A stretch of 64,000 nt of DNA from Raillietiella orientalis (Eukaryota). The position numbers and the translations under genes are program-made. Where the stretch lies: the NCBI GenBank assembly GCA_036172245.1, contig JAYWIR010000011.1, positions 2,108,001 through 2,172,000 on the forward strand, in the 5' to 3' direction. Numbering within the stretch: the first letter of the stretch is position 1; each line of letters begins with the position of its first letter. Under the pieces are notes generated by a model. That model was given only the letters and a program-made list of their open reading frames with translations. It ran no database searches and was not told the DNA's origin. Below are positions 39,920-49,597 of this stretch, piece by piece.

Positions 39920-41020
39920 TTGCAACAGAATTCGGACAGGAATTTCGGCACACGCCGGAAGGGATTACGGAGACGCTCCAAGACCGTTACATCACGTCAA
40001 GATCTGTGCCCGATAGAACAGCAGGTCACCCTGCAACGCCCGACGAAAAAACTTTCATACACATACAAAGAGGAATTGGGCATGGACATTTACTACGAGA
40101 GAGTCAAGAAGACGTTCATAGAACTGCTCAGAGACGTGATGGCAGGTGCCCATAGTGTTCCCATCTCGCACTATCAAAGATACCAGCACGCCTACCTGCG
40201 TCTGTTCCACGAATTGACTATCAGTATTCAAGAAGAAAAGCTTCCGGAGTCGTTTGACCAGAGTAGGATGCGGCTGCTGCCAAAAAGTGGCGATCTCAAA
40301 AAAGTCACTCAGTGGAGGCCCATCTCCATCTCGAATACGGATGCCAGACATCTGGCATCCGTATTCGGATGGCCTGAAGGTCCGGCCGTCATTGCTTTCT
40401 GTTACGCAGACATGCGCCGCGCCTGGACGACGCATGTCTGACAGCGTGAAGTGCACCCAGGCCACGATCGGCAACATCCGGTGCGTTGGTGGCATCCTGG
40501 TAATGGCATCCACAGACATAAGAGCACCATTCGACATTGTGGACTACAGGATATTGCTACGAATCCTGGAGAAGATGAACTTTCCACAGTACTTCCTGGA
40601 GTACATGCGAATGACCCTCAAAATTCCAATAAACAGACATGAGACGGCACAACCAGGACAGAAAAATGAATCCTTCAAGGAGTATGTGGGAGCTGTAGCT
40701 GTGTCGGTGATCGTTGACCTAAAAGTCAGCCTCCAAGGACTGACAATGGGAAACAACAATCTGACCCATCTAGCATATGCAGACGACCTTCTCTTCTTTC
40801 CTGACAGACAAAAAGGATCAGCACGCTTCCTTTCTGAAAGACGCATTTCCGGAAGTGCTCAATCAGGGGAAAAAAAGAACTGGGCCTGAAAATCAACGAC
40901 CAGAAGCTGCTTATCAGAATCCTGGATCACCCCACTAAAGTAAGAAAGCTTCCGAGTGGTAGATGAAGTCAAATACCTGGAAATCCCCATCGGAGGAACC
41001 TCGGCCTCGCAAACGTTGTG
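39920..41020 (+). mobile_element. Degenerate L1/Tx1-like reverse transcriptase pseudogene
   Basis: LPESFDQSRMRLLPKSGDLKKVTQWRPISISNTD; DIRAPFDIVDY..L..ILEKMNF; LAYADDLL; GLKIN; EVKYLEIPIG, spread over several frames. Confidence 0.85.
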
Positions 41021-41081
41021 AATGGATAATAAATCAGGGATAAGCTTGTTTTTTTTGTAAATGTAAAATGATAACGACAGA

Positions 41082-41405
41082 TTATGGACACGTTTTAGCT
41101 ACACCAAAATTCGTACCAAATAGTTAGACAGTGATATCGATGCTCCAAATGGTTAAGATGAGCCACACTGATGCATATATTCCCTGTGGCAGGTTATATG
41201 GGCATATCGATGAAGCATTTAGTAGTCCAATCAATAATACGATTCTATTCCCCTGAGTTAGGTTATACCATTCAAAAGGAAATAAAACTCCTATAGAAAA
41301 AATTAGTAGGTAAAACGACAAATCACGGAAGTATGTAACAAAAGCGAACATAAGCAGCATTACTATTGAAGGCAGTATTCTAATGACAAGATGACTATCT
41401 GCCAT
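41082..41405 (-). pseudogene. cdsA: Phosphatidate cytidylyltransferase, 5' part (Wolbachia-like)
   Basis: MADSHLVIRILPSIV...FEWYNLTQGN...LTIWSIDITV*LFGTNFGVAKTCP*; start overlaps the uppS stop; 3' half missing. Confidence 0.85.
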
Positions 41406-42020
41406 ATCCTTTGTCTCTTTTTGCATAATCTTCTAGTGCTTTACCCAAATCTTGACAAGAAGAATCAGACCACAAAGTATCGCAAAAATACAATTCAGCG
41501 CAGGCATAGAACTCAGCGCAGGCTGATTGCCATAACGGTGGAAAAAGGTCACTTTACCTTTTTCCACCCGTTATTGCGAAAATCCTAGTTTAGCAAATCT
41601 TTAGTTTACAGAAATTTTTCAAATTCCTCTTCTGATACACGAGCAATATTTCCTTTCATAATAGTGCTTACAGCATGTGTAATTCCTTGTTTCGCTCCGT
41701 AGCTGACCGTCACAGTAAGTATGAAATCGTTCTCAACTTGATGCTGTAATTGCACATGAAATTGATTCTACCGTCGTTAGTTCGTACATAGTAAAATAAA
41801 TCAAATAGATAGTTGGTTTCTTCTTTAGTCTAAGCCCATTCTCCATGGCAAATTCGTATAAAGTCGAGTACGGTGTGGCTAGAGCTGTGCAATGCTTAGC
41901 AATATCGAGTATGCAACCTCACTGCCCTTTCCATAACCATCAAGTTTTATCCTCCCTTGGTTGTTTGTCCACCGACCACTGTTATGCATAATGATTGCCA
42001 AGTGCTTTTGGTAATTTGCT
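41395..42020 (-). pseudogene. uppS: Undecaprenyl diphosphate synthase (Wolbachia-like)
   Basis: HLAIIMHNSGRW; VSYGAKQGI; SEEEFEKFL*TKDL; AELYFCDTLWSD...EDYAKRDKGYGR*; stops, frameshifts and an internal deletion near 41735. Confidence 0.9.
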
Positions 42021-42026
42021 TACCCT

Positions 42027-43671
42027 TCAGTGATTCAGTATATCCTTTTCCTTAGTGGATAATCCACTGTGAATCTTTTTGATATTGCCACCAGTAATAT
42101 TCTGTATTTTCTTCTTAGTACTATGAAAGTTATCTTCTGAGATTTCTTACCTCCCTGCATTTTTTCTATTTCTTCCATAACATCTCTACGTCTGTTTCTA
42201 ATGGCAACGCGCGCATTTTCAGCAAACCGGTGCCATCATTTCATTAATCTTTCACTTTCACGGGCTTCTTGCGTTAGATCTTGAAGAGTTTCACGTGTAG
42301 TGCTACCCTCGATAACAGGATTTAAATTTGAGTTAGCATTCAGCATAGCACTTTTTGCTTCATCTATGACGCATCCTCCGCCCGCGTCGGAAGCTTTGTG
42401 GTTAAGGCATCCGCGTGTGGCACCATGAGTCGCGGGTTCGAATACTCCGGCAGAAACTGACGCCACTGCGTCGTTGGGTTCCGAGTCCCTCCTGCAAGAT
42501 GGCACTGGTTGGCCGAGACATTCGGGATTGGCACGGTGGTCGTTTAAGTCGGAGGCCCCCGATGAAGACCGGAACAATGGGAGTCGACCTTCGACCTTCG
42601 GGTCCTTCCAGGAATCAAGGAGTGGGGAATTCCCCCTCCGGTCGTACAACGGAGAGAGGACCCCCCACACCGGGGGTACCCTTCCGGTTGGTTTCAACAT
42701 GGAGCAGAGACCTCACGGGCACCTCTCCTAGTTGTTCAGATGGAGCGGACCTCCCTTGTTGCTGGGGTGCCTCCGAGTCGTCGCCTCTTCACAGAGTGCA
42801 CAAGGAAGCAAGCGAGAGCGATTCCCTGCGGAAAGCTGCAGCGCCCCTTCTGAATTTCGGAAGCGTCCCTTCGGGGTTCTCTTCAGAGGAGTGAACAGGA
42901 GCGGTTCCCTTGCGGGTTCCCTTTGGAGAAGAAATTCCTACAAGCGGATCCTTTCCGGATTCCCTTCGGAGAAGTTGAAATGACAGCCCCCCTCCCCATT
43001 GGAAGGGGAAGGTGTCCCTCCGGAGAGAATGAGGAAGGAGATTCCCTTCGGGGTTCCCCTTCGGAGACAACCAGGGTAGGAGGTGCGATCTCCCCCATCC
43101 GGGGAGGATTCCTCCCCAAGCGTGAGAGGAACGGACTCCGAGCCCTTCCTGGATTCATAGGGCGGATCCACCCCTATCCCGGGGTGCCCCCTATCCTGAA
43201 GAATTACATGCTCCCCTGTGGATTGTCGCAGGAGAGAGGCGTGGAAACAGAACTGTGTTTGAAGAGCCAGTGCGCCGCGAGGCACGCGACCGGCTCTTGA
43301 GGCACACTTAGCGAACCAAAAAAAAGTAAACCCGAAGAAAACAAACAAACAAAAAAAAAAAAAACAGCGAAGACATGGCAGAAAAAGAATTTTCCAAGGA
43401 TTTTCCATCATCCAATAGTAAAGATCTCATCGCGGGGTCGCTACTGGCCTTTTAAATAAATATAAAAGATAAAAAAAAATGATACGTCCCAAACTTTAAT
43501 TAACGAGGTACTGAAACAATTTTTGATGCCCGCCATAGATACTCACAATTCTGCCATCAAGTAATGATGGCATGAACTCTGCCGGTGCGTGTACTTTAAT
43601 ATCATCATGGAAAGATACTGAATAGTTTTTAGCATCCTTTCCTTTGTTTTTGTTTTCACTCCATTCAACAT
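42027..43671 (-). pseudogene. frr: Ribosome recycling factor (Wolbachia-like), split by a 1.1 kb host element
   Basis: 5' half 43671-43480: MLNGVKTKTKERMLKTIQ...IKVWDVS; 3' half 42370-42027: VIDEAKSAMLNANSNLNPVIEGST...FAENARVAIRNRRRD...KEKDILNH*. Confidence 0.92.
42371..43479 (+). mobile_element. Long tRNA-headed non-coding SINE-like element with cUUCGg hairpins and A-rich tail
   Basis: A-box-like aagctttgtgg; tRNA-His-like ccgcgtgtggc; B-box ggttcgaatac at 42435-42445; CTTCGG at 42596, 42869, 42964, 43046 and 43059; ends aaataaatataaaagataaaaaaaaa; both ends are defined by the two frr halves. Confidence 0.85.
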
Positions 43672-43681
43672 AAATTACCTA

Positions 43682-44403
43682 TCATTCATAATCGGAAACT
43701 GCAGTGTAAGTACCACAGCCCTTAACGACGTTGATCATTTCGCCTTCTTTCAGAGGAAGAACTTGAATTGGAACGGAATTCTCACGCGCAAGTGGGATCG
43801 CTGATGCATCCATAACTTTTCAATCACGAGTCAGCAAATCCATGGAAGAAAGCTTATCGTACATTACAGCATCCACAATTTTATTTTTCGGATCGGCGGA
43901 GTATACACCGTGTACTTGGGTACCTTTTAAAATCACGGTTCCTTTCAGCAGCAAGTACAGCTGCAGCCTTATCTGTAGTAATTACCTGCACCTGCCGCAA
44001 AGATCACTACTCTTCCTCTTTATAAATGACGAACGGCTTTTCTCCTTATACAAGGCTCGCGTGTAGTGGCCATGGGTATTGCAGACAGCACTCTAGAGTC
44101 TACTAAATTTTTCTCTGCAAGTTTTTGTAAAATCAAAGCGCTGGTTACAGTGGCAAGCATTCCAATATAATCACTTCTTGCTCTTCCACAACCACTTGAC
44201 GATGCAGATGCACCACGAAAGATATTGCCGCCACCACCAGCAACGCGTATCTGAAGTTCGAGCTTGTGGACATCAGCTACATCTTTGCACAGTTGATCTG
44301 TGACCTACACATCATGACCGTAAGGCCGTGATCCAATCGAAACCTCGCCAGAGATTCCAAATAACACTCTGGAGTATTTTACTTTAGCTGCTGAGGCAGT
44401 CAT
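43682..44403 (-). pseudogene. pyrH: Uridylate kinase (Wolbachia-like)
   Basis: MTASAAKVKYSRVLFGISGE...GGGGNIFRGASA...SDYIGMLAT...[22 protein letters not shown]...[15 protein letters not shown]...GTYTAVSDYE*; internal stops and frameshifts. Confidence 0.95.
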
Positions 44404-44413
44404 TTTCAACTAC

Positions 44414-44628
44414 TTAATCTCTGATACCTAAAACAAGCGACATATAATCAGGCAATTGAACACCAGAGCTTAAATTTTATTAGCTTCAACCCTTATAAAA
44501 TTCTGTTCTAATAAAGCAACTCCTTCATAATATTTAGGCCATTCGACTATCTACTGTTTTTTTTTTTTTGTGTGTCGCTTCAGGTTTATGTAATCTTTTC
44601 ATTTGTTCTTCAACTATAGAGCGTTCAG
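44414..44628 (-). pseudogene. tsf: Elongation factor Ts, 3' fragment (Wolbachia-like)
   Basis: ERSIVEEQMKRLHKPE...KYYEGVALLEQNFI...LVLGIRD*, directly upstream of pyrH as in the conserved operon. Confidence 0.85.
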
Positions 44629-44699
44629 CCGATATTGGTTGAGTTACTTCATTATATTCCCCCCCCCCCCTTCCCTTGTTGTCCGTAGGCCTCCTGAGT

Positions 44700-45045
44700 A
44701 ATGGGAACTAATATAGAATTATGCAATAAACACAAAGAAAATATGATTAACAACAATTCACTGATTAAAGGTAGTGCAAGGCACAGATCTCCGCAAAAGC
44801 AGTCTTTAGGAGGAAGATGGAGAAATGCAGTTCCCGAGTTGTTGCTTGGTGCTGTGGGGACCACACTGCCTCCAATGGGAAATTGCATCTGAAACTGCTG
44901 CCATTGGAATAGTGGCAACGGCTACGTTACCAGGAATTGCTGGTATCGTGATCGGTTGCCTAGCGGGGTATCTTGTTGCCGAAAAAGATAAATCAATGCC
45001 GCGGTAACCAGCAACATGCAGCATCTCAGCCTCTAGCGTGTAGCG
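44700..45045 (+). pseudogene. Possible fragment of a Wolbachia-type membrane-anchored hypothetical protein (C-terminal hydrophobic helices)
   Basis: IASETAAIGIVATATLPGIAGIVIGCLAGYLVAEK; lies inside the nuwt; family not recognised with certainty. Confidence 0.4.
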
Positions 45046-45109
45046 GAATGTCGATAAGCCTTTAGTTATGGCATAAAGACCACAAAGGTCACGCAAGACA
45101 ATAAACGGT

Positions 45110-45970
45110 GAACCAACCTTGTTTCAAACAGAGTGCCCATGTGCTCCGTTTGCCTTAGGAATTCACGAAAAATCCTATTCCTTTGGCCGTCGCTCGCATT
45201 TTTCATCGAAGACTGCGTTCTTTCTTTTAGACCAAAAACTCATAAAAATTCTCCTCTCCGATTCAAAATCTCGCGATCTACGCTTTTTAATGAATCTCGC
45301 AACTCCGGAAGATTCACAAGAGCAGCAATACCACCATCACCAACATCTTCAAGAAGATTTGCATATTTATGATGCTTTACCGATCGCAGAGTGCTCTTAT
45401 ACGCAGGATATACGTAGACATAATCTATAATAAAAGCGGCTCCTCTATTATTGTAGATCTTCTCAAGTCTTTTCAATATTTCAGTTCCAGCTGGTCGTAC
45501 TTCCACTACTGCACCATCAAAAAGTATTCCATTTGCCATCTGAGTAGCTGATGCTGGAAAACACCATTCCTTTTTTTCCTGGATTCCAGTGTCAAGCACG
45601 GAAGTGACACTGAGAGGCTGCCATTATCCTCTTTTTGTTATTCAATTTTCATGCCACTTTTAATACGATGTGCAAACGGATCCATAGGAAGAGCGTCAAA
45701 AAACTCATTTGCTACTATTTGTATTTTCGTGCCAGTTAATATCTGGACCCTTTAATCTTTCCCTTTGTATCTCCTGTAAAGCAAGTGGATCGACGCTGAA
45801 TCAAAACAGTATTCTATTTTCTAGTCACTCTAATTAAAACGCGAATCAGTGTTCATTCACCAGGCCAAAGTTCAACCACAAAAAATTTTGATGGCTTTCC
45901 GAATTTTTCACATCCATGCATTACCAAAACTCCAATTATTTCACCAACTAAGTGACTGATTACGCGTGCA
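45110..45970 (-). pseudogene. SAM-dependent methyltransferase, MidA/NDUFAF7 family (Wolbachia-like), 5'-truncated
   Basis: SHLVGEIIGV...GKPSKFFVVELWPGE*TL; ANEFFDALP; GAAFIIDYVYVYPAYKSTLRSVKHHKY; IAALVN; HMGTLF. Confidence 0.9.
45536..45610. repeat. Wolbachia palindromic element remnant inside the methyltransferase gene
   Basis: catctgagtagctgatgctggaa ... ctggattccagtgtcaagcacggaagtgacac resembles the recurrent Wolbachia repeat arms (ctggattccagtgtcaagcactggaatgaca, recalled). Confidence 0.75.
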
Positions 45971-45984
45971 ATTTTTGTTTTATT

Positions 45985-46400
45985 AGGTTAATTAAGCAGA
46001 TTGCATGGAATGCCAACGGATAATGCAATCAGCCCTTGGGTTGCATAACCCCTATTTCCAGATATTCCATTTTATCTTGATACTCGGGGGTATGCTAATG
46101 CATTATTTGGAACCATATCTGGCTTTACCACAAGAAGTGTATTCAAATTATAAACTGTATTTAGTTATCTTGAAAAGCAATCTCCAGGAATAATGCATGG
46201 TATACGTGGCTTTGGTATGATTACTAAAGGTATAGCTGTTCTTCCCATGCTAAGGGAAATGAATCCAAATGATATTCTGTAATCTGAACTTTCAGAATCT
46301 GAAAAACGAAGCTTACAAAACACGTAAAGTGTAGCAATTTCTGCTACGGAAGTATATTATGGCCTAATTTTTGTTATGCATATTCTCCTATTACCTAATT
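45985..46400 (+). pseudogene. trkH: Trk potassium uptake membrane protein, internal fragment (Wolbachia-like)
   Basis: LFPDIPFYLDTRGYANALFGTISGFTT...LEKQSPGI..MHGIRGFGMITKGIAVLPML...VYYGLIF; in-frame stops. Confidence 0.8.
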
Positions 46401-47112
46401 CAACGCTATGGGGAATAGTGAGAACTTGGAATGAAAAAGGATTCTGGTGCAACGATCCAAATTTGCCCTGCAGAATTGATCTTGCTCCACACCGTTCACG
46501 AAAATGATCAACAGGCTGTTTCCTCTGCAGCTCCTTCCCCAAAGCGGTCTTTCCGCCTCCCTCCTCGGAGACCATACTCGCTGAGGCAATCCGTTCCCCT
46601 TTACACCCCATCCGTCTGGTGCACGGTAGAGCTCTTGCGCACCCCCGTTCCGGTTCACCGTCGGTTGCAGCGCACTTCAACAGCCCCTATTCCCGACGGC
46701 ACACTCCTCGCGGCCAGGCAGCCCACGATCCCACTTGCAGCCTTCGTTCGCCTGCCCACGGCGGGCAGCGCAATCTTCCTCCACTTCTTCCCAATGTCCC
46801 TTTTCCCATGCCCGGCTCCCTCGAGAAGTTCACAACCGTCCCAAAGAATGCCACGTTTTCTTCAAATGTCTCCTCCTCGGACCACGCTACCCAGCACCGG
46901 GCATCCACCAACTTGACCGTCTCCTCAAGACAAGACGGAACTTCGACGTCGCTCGCTCAGCAACCTTCGATCACGGAAGTCCCTCCAGCCTGCATGCGAC
47001 CTCCAGTCTCCAATCTCTTTTCCATGGTTTCTCTTTGGAATGAAGTTTTGCTTTCCAATTGCGAGGCAGCTAGCACTTTCATAGTGAGAAGCGAGAAGTT
47101 AGAAGTGAGAAG

Positions 47113-47889
47113 ATGAGTTCGAAGGACCGCGGCTCAGTTGGAACGAGCGAGGACTGCAAGACGGAAAGGCCGTCCTATGAGGAGATTGCTTGTCGCGCAT
47201 CGACCCCGGGGGCGGAGGGGTCGTGCGCGCATTGGGGACTGGATCTCGAGGAGCTGCCTTGGATCGACGAGGACGAGGGCCACGTGCAGATCGATCTGTG
47301 CTCCGGCGTGCCTGGAGAGGCCTGCGGCACGTTCTGCTCGGCCGGCCCGTCTTCCTGCACGTTGGCCAAGAGAATGCCTTCGGCTACGCAGGAGGTCCAC
47401 CCGATTGAAACGGGTCCGTGTGAGTCTGCACCCGAGTCGCCCATCCCGCATTCATCTTCTGGGCAAGGTGAGAAGGTACTTTTCCTGAATCCGATCTGCC
47501 CGCACTGTGGAGAAGCGTGGCTGGACCAGGAAGCAAACAGGACTCCGGACGCCTTCGTTGTCCATGCCGGGCCCATCTGTCTCCTGGTGGGAGTCCGTGT
47601 CGGCCCATCTGAGCCCGAGCACGTGCCGGCGGGAGTCCCGCTCGCCGAGGGCTCGCCGTCCTTGGAGGAGGGCGTGCGCGCCGCACACGGCGGTGCTTGC
47701 CAGGAACCAAGCTGCTCCGGAACGGGGGCCGTGAGCCGCTTGGAGTCGAGTGCCAGCGGGAATGCCAGCGCGGAAGGCTCGCACCCTGCTGACAGCGCCC
47801 CGCTCTACCCAAAGGCCAAGTCCAGGATCGGAAATTTTTTCCGTAGATTGCTCGTTTGCGTTGCTCCACGGCGTCGCCGTAGGAGATGA
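47113..47889 (+). CDS. Uninterrupted orphan ORF, 258 aa; acidic, Ser/Pro/Cys-rich, with a basic amphipathic C-terminus
   Basis: True ATG with A at -3; candidate splice acceptor tttcatag ending at 47084; TGA at 47887-47889 followed by AATAAA at 47893-47898; CPHC motif; ends KSRIGNFFRRLLVCVAPRRRRRR. Confidence 0.55.
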   Translation: MSSKDRGSVGTSEDCKTERPSYEEIACRASTPGAEGSCAHWGLDLEELPWIDEDEGHVQIDLCSGVPGEACGTFCSAGPSSCTLAKRMPSATQEVHPIETGPCESAPESPIPHSSSGQGEKVLFLNPICPHCGEAWLDQEANRTPDAFVVHAGPICLLVGVRVGPSEPEHVPAGVPLAEGSPSLEEGVRAAHGGACQEPSCSGTGAVSRLESSASGNASAEGSHPADSAPLYPKAKSRIGNFFRRLLVCVAPRRRRRR

Positions 47890-49597
47890 ATCAATAAATT
47901 CCTATGAGAAATGGATCAGTTCCAATCTCCTGTTGGTGGGGTATGCACGAGTGCACGTTGCCTTGGTTTGGTGGGCGTGAGCCGGAGGAGAAGCTCCATC
48001 GAGTGCACGTTCGCACGGAGATCTTTCTCTCGAGCCCATCAGTGGATGCGGCTGCTCGATGCTGTCCTGTAGGGACGCGCTTCTGACAACGAAGGCAGAA
48101 GGAGCCGTTGACCATGGAGGAGAAGTAGGTCGTTCCCACAGCTGAAGACCCATCTTCTGTGGACCACTGACGTGGAGTCGAGCCGCACTCTACGGACTGC
48201 GAATTGCTTGGTGTCCTGGTGCAGAGTTCGTCACCGCGCACGTTCTGTGGAGAAAATCGAACCCTCTGCAGGATACATCCAATGCGGGCTCGCCGCGATG
48301 CAAGGGGTGGTGGTGAATGGCGCACAATCCCGGTCCAGATCCAGATGGATGAAACAACGGCTCGACTGCGGTTTTCGGAGCACCCGCGTGCATTTCGCCA
48401 ACGCCAAGAGAAGACACCACATGATGACGGAAATCCTTGCGTTTGGGAAGGCGTCGATTTCCCCGCCTTTCCACGTGCTGTGGAGGACTCCTGGTAGTAT
48501 GCGGAGCTGGCGCGGCTACGGGGCTCTTGGCTGTTCCGCGGCCATCCAGTGTCTGCCTCATCATCTTCGGAATAGCCCGCATGGCAGGGCTGCGTACGAT
48601 TCTTCCAGGAATGCGTCGGAAGGACTCGCCTTTCCAGACGTTTCCTCAACGGGGACCGCTCTCCTCCCTCCCGGGAGCTTTGGGGCCAAGACCACGGACG
48701 GGCATGCGCGATTTCTTCGCGCCGTCTCACCCCATTTCGGACTCGGACGTCGCTGCTTGAGGCTGCCAAAGCCGAGATGGCTCTTTGGGAGTTCCACTTC
48801 CCTTTGGAAAATCCAGCTCCGTGGCAGTCGCGCGTCTCGAAGGAACAGTGGAATTACTGTATTTAAATGTTGAGCACATAAAATTTCAATAGGATTTGTT
48901 TTTAAAAAATAATAATATGATAAAACCTTTTCAGAGAACACGATTTAAATAGAATGCCCAAGTGTGGCCTTCACAAAGATTTTAGAGAATTCTGCTAAAC
49001 ATTGATAAATATGGGCTGCATGTTCATTTAGAAGATTTTCATGTAAGGCTTTGTTGAAGAATGCTTCTTTTCGGATACTTTTGTAACTGAAGCTGTAGTT
49101 CCGAGCAATCGAAAAATTGCACTTTCCGATTTTGAAACCTTTGCTTGAGTAGACTGAATGGATGATAAATATGATGATAAAGTGATGCTTGTAATAGCGA
49201 TACGAGCAAAGAATGTAAGTACTATACATTACATCAAATCAAGATATCCATATGAATAAGTCTTTGAGGATAAACTTTTATGTGAAAATTCACATGAAAT
49301 CCTATTCCTAGGAATGGGGATGATATAATGGATTCCAAAACAGTGTTCTAATTACCATAAAATTACCATATTTTATACCATAAGTTATTTTATCAATCTG
49401 TTGATCACTTTTGACATGCATATTTTGTGGATTATTGATTGGATTTTCAATCAGGTAAATAGAAAATTCTTCTAGGATGATCCTTTATTTTCGTGTGTGG
49501 AAGTGAGTGGTAACGCGTTTAAAAAAAAATAAAAAATTGTAAGCAGCTGTAATGAAGGTTTTGTCCTTGTAAGGTCTCGGATTCTCGCTTTCACAGT

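Larger units (their letters stand above)
41080..46400. other. Nuclear Wolbachia-derived insertion (nuwt), mosaic and pseudogenised
   Basis: Intronless, tightly packed AT-rich bacterial genes in conserved order (tsf-pyrH-frr-uppS-cdsA), all with stops or frameshifts; Wolbachia-type palindromic repeat at ~45536-45610; flanked and interrupted by eukaryotic retroelements. Confidence 0.92.

Noticed and set aside
42385..42455. Functional tRNA-His gene
   Set aside because: Acceptor and anticodon stems do not pair properly, and it continues into a repeated body, so it is a SINE-like head
42556..42592. Hammerhead ribozyme (ccgatgaagac...gtcgacc)
   Set aside because: The required CUGANGA and GAAA cores are both imperfect, and the motif is not evident in the other copies
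41080..46400. Contaminating live Wolbachia contig, or functional horizontally acquired genes
   Set aside because: Every gene has stops or frameshifts and a host repeat interrupts frr
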